Origin: a bacterium
Lineage (GTDB): Bacteria > Sysuimicrobiota > Sysuimicrobiia > Sysuimicrobiales > Humicultoraceae
Assembly (NCBI GenBank): GCA_041497675.1
Contig: JBGQGY010000059.1
Location: forward strand, 1 to 21,651
Reading direction: 5' to 3'
Length of the DNA stretch: 21,651 bases
How positions within the stretch are numbered: the stretch's first letter is position 1; every line of letters starts with the position of its first letter. The notes beneath the pieces were generated by a model. That model was not told the origin of the DNA and did no database searches. It worked only from the letters and a program-made list of their open reading frames with translations. The translations under genes and the position numbers were made by a program. Shown piece after piece: positions 1 to 8,158 of the stretch.

Positions 1-141
1 AAGGAAAATGTCACGCCCGCGCTGATCGAACTCCGGCGCATCGAGGCGCAGATCAAGGCGATCGAGAAGTGGAACGGCCAGATGCCGACCTATGTGGCCG
101 GCCCGGTGCCGATCCTCGACGTGTTCAGGAACGGCAAGTAG
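1..141 (+). CDS. SPFH/band 7/prohibitin family protein, C-terminal fragment (5' end outside window)
   Basis: Frame 1 reads KENVTPALIELRRIEAQIKAIEKWNGQMPTYVAGPVPILDVFRNGK, stop TAG 139-141. The 'IEKWNGQMP' tail is typical of bacterial prohibitin-like proteins. Not in the ORF track. Confidence 0.75.
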   Translation, partial: KENVTPALIELRRIEAQIKAIEKWNGQMPTYVAGPVPILDVFRNGK

Positions 142-159
142 CCGCGGCCACGAGCCGGC

Positions 160-489
160 TCACGCAGGCTGCCCCGGCGGCACCAGGACGTAGGCGAGGA
201 CCAACTGTTCCTTGTTGCCGTGGAACCGGTGCGGGACCCCGGCCGGTACATAGATAACTGAACCCGGCGCGACCGGATGATCGACGTCCCCAAGACGCAC
301 TATGCCGCGACCGCCGATCACCGCGTACACCTCGTCTTGCGCGTGCGTACCCTGGAGGTCCATGCCGCCCGCGAGGATGCGCAGCACCCCGACGGTCAAC
401 TCGCCGCTGCCATGTAGCCGATGGAACTGCTGGGCCGGTCCCGCCATCGTCTCGGCCACCTGGAATGCATCCCAGATCCGCCCCTGCAT
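160..489 (-). CDS. Cupin domain protein (cupin_2-like), 109 aa
   Basis: Cupin motif 1 'QGTHAQDEVYAVIGGRG' and motif 2 'PGSVIYVPAGVPHRF'; SD GGGAGGG upstream of the ATG. Confidence 0.85.
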   Translation of the reverse strand: MQGRIWDAFQVAETMAGPAQQFHRLHGSGELTVGVLRILAGGMDLQGTHAQDEVYAVIGGRGIVRLGDVDHPVAPGSVIYVPAGVPHRFHGNKEQLVLAYVLVPPGQPA

Positions 490-511
490 GGTTACCCTCC
501 CCTGACCGTCC

Positions 512-1684
512 CTACAGATACTGCGTGAGAAACGGTGTCCGGGTCAGGACTTCGGGCCCGGCGTCCGTGATCAACGTCACATCTTCAAGATGACCGCCGC
601 CCACGCCGGGGAGCAAGACCCCAGGCTCCAGCGCGACGACCATCCCGGCTTCGAGCCGCTCCGGCGCCCGGCCGCCGGTCACCTTTTCCCCGATCGTCGG
701 GGCTTCGTGCAGATCCGTACCAAGACCATGGCCCAGGATGCCAAAGTAGGTGTGTTTCTCATACCCCCACCGGCGCGACACCTCGGCGACCGCCTCAACG
801 GCTTCGGTGGACAGCGCCCCCGGACGCAGGTGCGAGATGCCGGTCCGCAGCATCTCGTAGACCGCCCGGTAGATGCGCACTTGCTCCTGACTCGGCGATC
901 CGGCGAAGGCGATTCGGGCGATGTCACCGTTGTACCCGTTGATGATCGCGGCGCCGCAGTCGATGCGGACCATCTCGCCGGGCTGGATCCGCTTGGTCGT
1001 GGGAAAGCGGTACCCGTAGACGGCGTTGTCACCCGAGGCGACGAGCGGATAGTACGGGATGTCCTCGGACCCGGCCAGCATCATCGCCGAGGCCGCCGCG
1101 GTCGAGACCTCGATCTCGGTTGCGCCGGGTTTCACCGCAGCCATCGCCGCCTGCATCCCCAGGTCGGCCACCTCGGCCGCGGCCCGCAGGATCTGCACCT
1201 CGATCGGGTGTTTGATGCGGCGCGCCTCCTCGATCACGCCCTGGCCATCCACGAACTGCACCGCCGGCAGCGCCCCCTCCAACCCGCGCAATGCTCCCAC
1301 CGGCAACAGATCGACGCCCACGCGCCCTCCGACGCCGAGCCGCTGCGCCGCGGCGGCGATCAACGGCACGCCGTCGGCGAACACAAACGGAAACGGCACG
1401 GGATCGACGATCCACGGCATGGTCCGTGTGACCCGTGCCATGTCTCCGCTGGCGACAAAGAAGACCTGCTGGCCCGACGCGGTGACCAGCACCGCGTAGC
1501 GCGTGCCGTGGAACCACATGCTGTAGATCGGTCGGAAGCTCGTCACGTACCGGATGGCATCGAGCTTCGCATACAGCACCGCGGCGAGATGGTGCGCGCG
1601 CATCGCGTCGATCAAGCGTTGCTGGCGGTAGGCGCGCAGCGAGTCCCACGGCGGGCCGGCTTCCCAGTCAGGGGTGAGCGTCAT
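512..1684 (-). CDS. M24 family metallohydrolase (Xaa-Pro peptidase/creatinase fold), 390 aa
   Basis: Creatinase-type N-domain; pita-bread ligands in RIDCG...NGDIAR (D, D), GHGLG..HE (H), ALEPG (E), HLEDV (E); 4-nt ATGA overlap with the upstream gene. Confidence 0.9.
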   Translation of the reverse strand: MTLTPDWEAGPPWDSLRAYRQQRLIDAMRAHHLAAVLYAKLDAIRYVTSFRPIYSMWFHGTRYAVLVTASGQQVFFVASGDMARVTRTMPWIVDPVPFPFVFADGVPLIAAAAQRLGVGGRVGVDLLPVGALRGLEGALPAVQFVDGQGVIEEARRIKHPIEVQILRAAAEVADLGMQAAMAAVKPGATEIEVSTAAASAMMLAGSEDIPYYPLVASGDNAVYGYRFPTTKRIQPGEMVRIDCGAAIINGYNGDIARIAFAGSPSQEQVRIYRAVYEMLRTGISHLRPGALSTEAVEAVAEVSRRWGYEKHTYFGILGHGLGTDLHEAPTIGEKVTGGRAPERLEAGMVVALEPGVLLPGVGGGHLEDVTLITDAGPEVLTRTPFLTQYL

Positions 1685-2538
1685 GCGTCTCCTCTCAGGG
1701 TCGCCCGCTCCGCCGTCCGGTAGAAGTACCCGGGGAACCGGCGGACGGCGTCGATATCGACGTCGGCGTAGACTATGCCTTCATCCTCGCCGAGCGTCTG
1801 GATGAATCCTTCGTTGGTGTTGATCCCGCCGGGCTTCGTGCGGAACCACTGCGCGAGACCGGCCAGGTCACCGATCGCCGGGGGGACGCACACCGTCGTG
1901 TACCCGCCCGCGCGCGGGAATCGCTGCACGACCTGACCATCCTTGCGAAACAGCAGCGCGCAGGCGGCGATGTCGACCCCGATGATGGGTCTCCCGTACT
2001 CCATGTGCCGGCCGATCACGGTTCCCGGGTAGGCGGCGCCAAGCGCGAACCACCACGAGGGATTGAAGATGATGTCGACACCGCCGTCGACCAGCGCCCG
2101 CACGCCGTCGGTGAAGAACGCGAAGTCGGAGCAAATCACGATCCCCAGCCGTCCGATGGCGGTCTCGAACACCTGCGAGCCGCGGCCGGGCACCACTCCG
2201 CCGTCGATCTCCCCCTGCGTCGGGAAATTCTTGCGCTGCCGGCCAATGATCTCTCCGTCCGGACCGATGATCGTGCCGGTGTTGTACCAGCGCTCGCGGG
2301 TGCCGTCGATCAACCCGGCCACCACGTGGATCCCCAGACGCTGCGCCGCGCGCCGCAATTCATCTTCGCCGACCCGGGGGTACAGTTCGGGAAAGCACGC
2401 GCACTGCGCGCCCGCCCGCGCGGCCGTCTCGAGCAGCTGGCAGGCATGCGCGACGTCACCGCCGCCCCACATGTCGTCGACCTCGACCGATACGGGCCGG
2501 GCCTGGATGGCCGCCACCTTCACCTTCACGTCATCCAC
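1681..2538 (-). CDS. Carbon-nitrogen hydrolase (nitrilase superfamily), 285 aa
   Basis: Glu-Lys-Cys triad in CFPEL, QRKNFP and VICSD; 'YNTGTIIGPDGEIIG' motif; overlaps the permease stop by 8 nt. Confidence 0.9.
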   Translation of the reverse strand: MDDVKVKVAAIQARPVSVEVDDMWGGGDVAHACQLLETAARAGAQCACFPELYPRVGEDELRRAAQRLGIHVVAGLIDGTRERWYNTGTIIGPDGEIIGRQRKNFPTQGEIDGGVVPGRGSQVFETAIGRLGIVICSDFAFFTDGVRALVDGGVDIIFNPSWWFALGAAYPGTVIGRHMEYGRPIIGVDIAACALLFRKDGQVVQRFPRAGGYTTVCVPPAIGDLAGLAQWFRTKPGGINTNEGFIQTLGEDEGIVYADVDIDAVRRFPGYFYRTAERATLRGDA

Positions 2539-3367
2539 CTCCGCGGTAGAGCCTTGGATCGAGCGTCTCGCGCAGCCCGTCGCCCAACAGGTTGAACCCG
2601 AGCACCGCCAGCATGATGGCCAGACCAGGAAACACCACCAGCCACGGCGCGATCGTCATGTACTGCCGGCCCCGGCTGATCATCCCGCCCCATGACGGGG
2701 CCGGCGGCTGCGTCCCCAGACCGAGAAACGACAGCCCCGCTTCGACGAGAATCACGATCGACAAATTCAGCGTGGCGGCCACGATCACGGGTGGCAACAC
2801 GTTAGGGAGGATGTGACCGAACACGACGCGCCGGCTCGGCGCGCCCAGCGCGACGGCCGCCTGCACGTATTCCAGGGACCGGGCGGCGAGGGTGGCCCCG
2901 CGCGCCAGCACCGCGAACTGCGGCATCGTCAAGACGGCGATCGTGAAGATGAGGTTCGTCAGGCTGGGCCCCAAGGCCGCCACGATCGCAATCGCCAGCA
3001 GAATCGCCGGGAAGGCAAACAGGATGTCAAACAGGCGCATCGTCACCAGGTCGATGACGCCTCCGGCGAATCCGATCGCCGTCCCAAAGGGCACGCCGAC
3101 AACCGTCGCAAGCGATACCGAGCCCAAGGCAGCCGCGAGTGAGATCCGCGCCCCGTGGATCACCCGGCTCAGGATGTCGCGGCCCAGTTCGTCGGTCCCG
3201 AAGGGAAAAGCGCGCGAGGGTGGGGTGATCTCGAACCCGGCGTGCAGCGCCGTCGGCGCGCGGGGGGCCAGGATGGGGGCAAGCACCGCCACCACGACGA
3301 GCGACGCCACGATGGCGCCACCCGTCACCGCCGACCAGTTGCGCCACAAACGCCCGACTCTAGTCAT
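2531..3367 (-). CDS. Opp/Dpp-family ABC permease (DppC/OppC type), operon 1
   Basis: FGTDELGRDILSRVIHGAR, EAA-like loop EYVQAAVALGA, PSWGGMI, FNLLGDGLRETLDPR. Confidence 0.95.
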   Translation of the reverse strand: MTRVGRLWRNWSAVTGGAIVASLVVVAVLAPILAPRAPTALHAGFEITPPSRAFPFGTDELGRDILSRVIHGARISLAAALGSVSLATVVGVPFGTAIGFAGGVIDLVTMRLFDILFAFPAILLAIAIVAALGPSLTNLIFTIAVLTMPQFAVLARGATLAARSLEYVQAAVALGAPSRRVVFGHILPNVLPPVIVAATLNLSIVILVEAGLSFLGLGTQPPAPSWGGMISRGRQYMTIAPWLVVFPGLAIMLAVLGFNLLGDGLRETLDPRLYRGGG

Positions 3368-4310
3368 ACACGATGCGGGGATCGACCAGATGATAGAGCA
3401 CGTCTATGGCCAGATTGATCAGCACAGCGTTGACGGTCAGGAAGAGGACCGCGCCCTGGATGAGCGTATAGTCGCGCTGGTAGATGGCGTTGACGACCAA
3501 CCGGCCGATCCCCGGCAGCGCAAAGACTTCTTCGATGATGACGGCACCGCCGATGAGGGCCACGAACTGGATCCCAGCGGCCGCGATCACCGGGATGAGC
3601 GCGTTGACCAGGGCGTGCCGGTACACGACGCGCGGCTCGGGGGCGCCTTTTGCGCGCGCCGTCCGGACGAAGTCCTGCCCCAACACTTCGAGCATGCTGG
3701 CCCGTGTGTAACGAAGCAGGATCGCAGAAATCGCCGCGCCCAGGGCCAGCGCCGGCGGCAGCATGTGGCCCACGCTCGCCAGCGGCGCGTCGACGAACGA
3801 GACATAGCCAAGGGTGGAGACCGCCGGCAAGTAGCGGGATCCCAGCACGATCAGCACGGTCCCCATGAAGAACGCAGGCGTGGAGATGAACAGCAACGAG
3901 GTGATGCGAACCAGCGGCTCGATCCTCCGGGCCCCGCGCATCACAGAGAGCACGCCGAGCGGCACGCCAATCCCTATCGCAATCGCGATGGACATCACAG
4001 TGAGTTGAACCGTCACCGGAAAGGAGCGGGCGATCTCCGTCCCGACCGACCCGCCGTGCACCAGCGAACGGCCCAGGTCGCCCCGCAGGATCCCAACCAC
4101 CCAGTGCAGATACTGGACCGCCAGCGGCCGGTCGAGATGGAGTGCCACAATGAGCGCCTGGCGGTTCTGCTCGTTCTGGCTCGCCGTGATCCCAAGCAGC
4201 ACCGTGACCAGGTCACCCGGGATCAGATGGATGACCAGGAACGACACAACCGAGATCCCGATCAGCGTCGGGATCAGGAGCGCCAGCCGCTTGGCGAGGT
4301 ACGCCTGCAT
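3360..4310 (-). CDS. Opp/Dpp-family ABC permease (DppB/OppB type), operon 1
   Basis: YLAKRLALLIPTL, GDLGRS, DFVRTARAKG, EEVFALPGIGRL, RDYTLIQG, LVDPRI. Confidence 0.95.
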   Translation of the reverse strand: MQAYLAKRLALLIPTLIGISVVSFLVIHLIPGDLVTVLLGITASQNEQNRQALIVALHLDRPLAVQYLHWVVGILRGDLGRSLVHGGSVGTEIARSFPVTVQLTVMSIAIAIGIGVPLGVLSVMRGARRIEPLVRITSLLFISTPAFFMGTVLIVLGSRYLPAVSTLGYVSFVDAPLASVGHMLPPALALGAAISAILLRYTRASMLEVLGQDFVRTARAKGAPEPRVVYRHALVNALIPVIAAAGIQFVALIGGAVIIEEVFALPGIGRLVVNAIYQRDYTLIQGAVLFLTVNAVLINLAIDVLYHLVDPRIVYD

Positions 4311-4342
4311 TCAGCCCGCATCGACCCGGGCGCGGCGGCGCG

Positions 4343-5956
4343 TTACTTGTCCAGCCAGACCTGGCTGAAGTACTGGCGGCTCCGGCTTCCCGGTTGCGCG
4401 CCCGGCAGCGACACGTACCCCTTGACGACGTCGCGCATCAGCTCGACCGCACCCGACGCGTAGACAAAGATCATGTACGCCTGTTCTGCGATGTGGCGCT
4501 GCATCTGCTGGTAGATGCCGATACGCTTATCGCGCTCGATGGTGGTGCGACCCTGTTCGAGCAGTTGATCGACGTAGGCGTCGCGGAACTTGCCGAGGTT
4601 GATCGCGGAGTCGCTGTGGAAGATATCGTACATATGGGCGTCGGGATCGGGCTGCCAGACCGTGGGGATGATGCTCATCCCGTCATACGTCGTACGCACA
4701 AACGCGGTCAACAGCGCCCCCCACTCTCCCTGTCTCAGGGTCACGCGGATGCCGGCCTGCGCCCACTGTTCCCGCATGACCTCACCGGTGCGGACCGTGA
4801 ACGGGAACCGCGGCGGGACTTCCAGCGAGGTATCGATCCCGTTGGGGTAGCCCGCTTCCGACAACAGTTGTCTGGCCAGCGTGGGATTGTACTCGTAGTA
4901 GGGGAGACCCTTCTCATCCCCGCTATAGCCAAAGGGCGCGTCGCACGGCGGGATCTTGGTTGAAATAGCGCCCTTGCCGCGCAGCACCGTGCGGATCACT
5001 TCGCGCCGGTTGATGCCGACGCTGACCGCGCGCCGCACGCGGACGTCGTTGAACGGCGGCTTCGTCTGGTTCAGGACCATCGTGTGCTGCCCGCAGTATC
5101 CCTTTGGAACTAGCACGGCGACGCCCGGCATGCTCTTCACCTGCTCGTCGACCAGCGGGTCGACGGACCACGTGTAGTGGATCGTGCCAGTCCGCAGCGC
5201 CGCCAGCCGCGCGGTCTCGTCGGGGATAATGCGGTATTCGATCCCGTCGAGATACGGCAGCCCGCTCTCGAAATAGTTGGGGTTGCGCTTGAGCACGACG
5301 ATGTTCTCGGCGACGAACCGGTCGAGCATGAAGGGTCCGGTGCCCGAGGCCGTCTGCTGCAGGTCGCCCGACTTCTCCACAATCTCCTTCGGGACGATCG
5401 CGGAGTAGTGCGGGGTGCCCAGGTACGAGAGGAAGGGCGCGAACGGCCGCCGGGTCACGAAGCGCACCGTGTACTTGTCCGGGGTTTCAATACGGTCGAT
5501 GATCGCCCAGATCGAACGCCAGGGCGACGCGGTTCGCTGGTCGATCATGCGCTCGAACGAATACTTGACGTCCTCGGCTGTCGCCTCGCGTCCGTGATGG
5601 AACGGGACGCCCTTGCGCAGCTTGAACACAAAGGTCGTCGGGTTGGACACTTCGTAGGATTCGGCCAGGTCGGGCACCAGCTTGTTGAACGAGTTGCGGC
5701 GCAGCAGGTTCGAGTAGACGTGCTCGGAGATCATCCAGGTGTGGGCGGCCGCCGATTTGGCGGGATCCAGACCGGGCGGGCTGACGTCCGACCCCACGAC
5801 CAGCACCCCGCCGCGCTTGGGGGGCCCGCCGGGGGCGGCCATGGCAATCCGGTCGAACTGCGAGAGCGCCAGGAGCGTGACCCCGGCGCCTTTCAAGAAC
5901 GTCCGCCGATCGATCTCGCCGCGGATCAGGTGACGCGCGTCGTCCTCCACGTCCAT
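4343..5956 (-). CDS. Family-5 ABC solute-binding protein with Tat signal peptide, 537 aa, operon 1
   Basis: Start moved to ATG 5956 (SD GGAGGTG upstream). Twin-arginine DRRTFLK; family-5 motifs LAESYE, FKLRKGVPFHHG, GTGPF, PFNDVRVRRA. The ORF-track extension to 6421 is antisense to the FAH gene. Confidence 0.93.
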   Translation of the reverse strand: MDVEDDARHLIRGEIDRRTFLKGAGVTLLALSQFDRIAMAAPGGPPKRGGVLVVGSDVSPPGLDPAKSAAAHTWMISEHVYSNLLRRNSFNKLVPDLAESYEVSNPTTFVFKLRKGVPFHHGREATAEDVKYSFERMIDQRTASPWRSIWAIIDRIETPDKYTVRFVTRRPFAPFLSYLGTPHYSAIVPKEIVEKSGDLQQTASGTGPFMLDRFVAENIVVLKRNPNYFESGLPYLDGIEYRIIPDETARLAALRTGTIHYTWSVDPLVDEQVKSMPGVAVLVPKGYCGQHTMVLNQTKPPFNDVRVRRAVSVGINRREVIRTVLRGKGAISTKIPPCDAPFGYSGDEKGLPYYEYNPTLARQLLSEAGYPNGIDTSLEVPPRFPFTVRTGEVMREQWAQAGIRVTLRQGEWGALLTAFVRTTYDGMSIIPTVWQPDPDAHMYDIFHSDSAINLGKFRDAYVDQLLEQGRTTIERDKRIGIYQQMQRHIAEQAYMIFVYASGAVELMRDVVKGYVSLPGAQPGSRSRQYFSQVWLDK

Positions 5957-5987
5957 TCCTGTCACCTCCGTCGGAACATGACTGTCA

Positions 5988-6013
5988 GTTGCAGGACTGG
6001 TGGCGAAATTCCT
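5988..6013 (-). promoter_or_regulatory. Putative AGGA-N18-CAAC promoter for operon 1
   Basis: Minus strand AGGA-atttcgccaccagtcctg-CAAC, 31 nt upstream of the SBP ATG; same spacing as the other copies of this motif in the window. Confidence 0.35.
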
Positions 6014-6038
6014 TCTCCGAGCGCGTCCATGTCGAAAC

Positions 6039-6064
6039 AGGAATAAGGGTCCCTTCGGGCTAAC
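6039..6064 (+). promoter_or_regulatory. Putative AGGA-N18-TAAC promoter for the FAH gene
   Basis: AGGA-ataagggtcccttcgggc-TAAC, 34 nt upstream of ATG 6099. Confidence 0.35.
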
Positions 6065-6098
6065 AGTGTGGCGGTCAACTTCTCCGTGAGGTGAGGGC

Positions 6099-7031
6099 AT
6101 GCGTTTCGTCATGATGGATGGGCGCGGTGGACCGCACTTGGGGCTCCTGGAGGGGGAGCACGTGCTGGCATTCGCGCCGCTCGCCAGGCTCGCGTCGCGA
6201 ACGCGGGGCGGCAAGGCGCGCAGCGCCGCGGCCGAGATCCCGGACGACCTCCTTTCGTTCATCGAACGGGGGTCGCTCTCACAGGCCAAGGCGGCGCTGG
6301 CGTTGGGTCGGCGGCTGCTCGCCACCGGCAAGGCACGCGGCGTCGCGGTCCCGGTGTCAAAGGCCCGCTTGACGGCTCCGATCCCGCGGCCGCGTAAGAA
6401 CATCTTTTGCATAGGGCGCAACTACGCCGAACACGCAAAAGAGAGCGGCAGCAACGTCCCCACGGTGCCGGTGTTCTTCACCAAACCACCCACGTGTGTG
6501 GTGGGCCCCGAAGCCCCAGTCACGCATCACGCGGTGACGCAGGCGCTCGACTACGAAGTCGAACTCGCGGTGGTGATCGGCCGGCGCGGCCGCGACATCC
6601 CGGTTGAGCGGGCGCTGGACTACGTGTTTGGCTACACCATCATGAACGACGTGACGGCTCGCGACCTGCAGCGGCGCCACGAGCAGTGGTTCAAGGGCAA
6701 GTCGCTCGACACGTTCGCGCCGATGGGACCGGCCGTCGTGCACCGATCGTTGATCGCCGACCCGCAGAAGCTACGATTGCGTATGCGGGTCAATGGCGAG
6801 GTGCGGCAGGACGCGTCCACGTCGAACATGGTCTTTACCGTGGCCCAGTTGATCTCGGTGCTCTCGGCGGGCATGACGATCGAACCGGGAGACCTGCTGG
6901 CCACGGGTACGCCCGAGGGCGTGGGCATGGGCCGGACGCCCCCGCTCTGGTTGAAGCCTGGAGACGTCGTCGAGGCGGAGATCGACGGGATCGGCACGCT
7001 GCGAAACCGCATCGTGGCGCCCCGATCGTGA
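6099..7031 (+). CDS. Fumarylacetoacetate hydrolase (FAH) family protein, 310 aa
   Basis: IFCIGRNYAEHAKE, FFTKPP, DYEVELAVVIG, GYTIMNDVTARDLQ, GKSLDTFAPMGP, PGDLLATGTPEGVG; SD GAGGTGAGG. Confidence 0.95.
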   Translation: MRFVMMDGRGGPHLGLLEGEHVLAFAPLARLASRTRGGKARSAAAEIPDDLLSFIERGSLSQAKAALALGRRLLATGKARGVAVPVSKARLTAPIPRPRKNIFCIGRNYAEHAKESGSNVPTVPVFFTKPPTCVVGPEAPVTHHAVTQALDYEVELAVVIGRRGRDIPVERALDYVFGYTIMNDVTARDLQRRHEQWFKGKSLDTFAPMGPAVVHRSLIADPQKLRLRMRVNGEVRQDASTSNMVFTVAQLISVLSAGMTIEPGDLLATGTPEGVGMGRTPPLWLKPGDVVEAEIDGIGTLRNRIVAPRS

Positions 7032-7049
7032 CGCACGGGCCAAATCGGG

Positions 7050-7075
7050 GGAACGTCGACGGCCCGTGACACGTT
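7050..7075 (+). promoter_or_regulatory. Putative ECF sigma-factor promoter GGAAC-N17-CGTT for the cupredoxin pair
   Basis: GGAAC 7050-7054, 17-nt spacer, CGTT 7072-7075. Matches the GGAAC-N16/17-CGTT consensus of several ECF groups. Confidence 0.5.
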
Positions 7076-7085
7076 TGATACATAG

Positions 7086-7102
7086 AACTGGTACCACCAA
7101 TG
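7086..7102. promoter_or_regulatory. Putative FadR-subfamily GntR operator (PdhR/LldR-like)
   Basis: AACTGGT-acc-ACCAATG matches AATTGGTnnnACCAATT at 12 of 14 positions, and lies just downstream of the putative promoter. Confidence 0.5.
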
Positions 7103-7138
7103 GCGAGCCATAGTCTGCAGTCGTTGAGGAGGGATCGC

Positions 7139-7570
7139 ATGAAACTACGCTTCCTGGTTGTGGCGGCGTTGGTGGTCGCCGTCACGCTTGGGATCTCGAC
7201 CGCCGGGACGGCCCAGACGTCCGCGCGCAAGGTCATCGAGATCACGATGACCTCGTTCAAGTTCGAGCCCAGCGTGATCCAGGTGAATGAGGGGGACACA
7301 GTCGTCATTCGGCTGCGCAACGCCGACTCGCGCTTCTCGCACAATGTCGCATCACGATACTTCGCTAGCCTGCCGCTCACGGTTCGCGGTGACGGTCGGG
7401 AGGGCTCGGCCGAAGACCGCAAGTTCGTCCAGGTCGACGCCGGCAAGGCGGCGGAGTTCGAATTCACAGCCACGAATCGCGGCTCGTACGCGTTTATCTG
7501 CGGCGTGTTCACACATGCCTTCGCCGGCATGACGGGTCAGATCTATGTGCGGCCGGCGGGCTCGCCCTGA
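7139..7570 (+). CDS. Secreted cupredoxin with canonical type-1 copper site, 143 aa
   Basis: Start moved to ATG 7139 (SD GAGGAGGG). Sec signal peptide; FKFEPSVIQVNEGDTV; ligands H (SHNV) and C121-x4-H126-x4-M131. Confidence 0.9.
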   Translation: MKLRFLVVAALVVAVTLGISTAGTAQTSARKVIEITMTSFKFEPSVIQVNEGDTVVIRLRNADSRFSHNVASRYFASLPLTVRGDGREGSAEDRKFVQVDAGKAAEFEFTATNRGSYAFICGVFTHAFAGMTGQIYVRPAGSP

Positions 7571-7573
7571 TCC

Positions 7574-8008
7574 ATGGCTGTGCGGGCCCTCGCGATCATC
7601 GCGTTGCTGGCGCTGACGACGCTCGGTACGGCGGCCGCCGTCCGGGCCCAGGCGCCCCAGCGCAAGGTGATCGAGATTACTACGACATCGTACAAATATG
7701 AGCCGAGCACGATCAGGATCAACGAGGGCGACACCGTGGTCATCCGGATACGCAACATCGATCCGGTCGGCCGGGCCCACAACTTCTCCACCTCATACCT
7801 GCTCAACGTCCCGGTGACCGTGCGCGGAGATGCGACACAGGGCGTGAGCGAGGGCCGGAAGTGGATCGCCCTCGATGCGGGCAAATCTGCCGAAATCGAG
7901 TTCGTCGCCCAGGGCCGCGGGTCGTTCGCGATCCTCTGTAGCCTCTTTGACCACGCGTCGAGGGGACACACGGGGATGCTGTTTGTCCAGGCGCCCGGAT
8001 CCCCATAA
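7574..8008 (+). CDS. Secreted cupredoxin paralog with His at the axial-ligand position, 144 aa
   Basis: Sec signal peptide; YKYEPSTIRINEGDTV; H (AHNF) and C122-x4-H127-x4-H132. About 55% identical to the upstream gene over the mature domain by manual alignment. Confidence 0.9.
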   Translation: MAVRALAIIALLALTTLGTAAAVRAQAPQRKVIEITTTSYKYEPSTIRINEGDTVVIRIRNIDPVGRAHNFSTSYLLNVPVTVRGDATQGVSEGRKWIALDAGKSAEIEFVAQGRGSFAILCSLFDHASRGHTGMLFVQAPGSP

Positions 8009-8033
8009 CCGTCTGGGACCTGTCAGGGATCAC

Positions 8034-8063
8034 AGAGAGGGCGGCCAGCGGGCCGCCCTCTCT
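8034..8063 (+). terminator. Perfect 13-bp hairpin after the cupredoxin pair (terminator or mRNA-stabilising stem)
   Basis: AGAGAGGGCGGCC-agcg-GGCCGCCCTCTCT; no U-tract follows. Confidence 0.55.
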
Positions 8064-8158
8064 CGCGTGTGGCCCGGCCCAGCGTGGGGCCCCTCGGGGT
8101 GAAGGGAACCCCGTGGCGGCGACGTAGTGTTGTGCGAGATACGGAAGGGGGGAACCCC

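Noticed and set aside
160..1684. DMSP lyase cluster (DddP-like M24 next to a cupin resembling DddW/DddK)
   Set aside because: Only fold-level resemblance; I cannot confirm lyase-specific residues, and no acrylate-catabolism genes are adjacent.
590..4463. Long + strand ORFs (590-1723, 2063-2695, 2892-4463)
   Set aside because: Antisense shadows of well-supported minus-strand genes; stop-poor frames are expected at this GC content, and they carry no family motifs.
5957..6421. 155-aa N-terminal extension of SBP1 in the ORF track
   Set aside because: Overlaps the FAH gene antisense; the SD and Tat signal place the start at 5956.
7075..7088. FNR box or sigma70 -35 (TTGATA) upstream of the cupredoxins
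   Set aside because: Only the TTGAT half-site is present (TTGAT-acat-AGAAC), and there is no good -10 at 16-18 nt.
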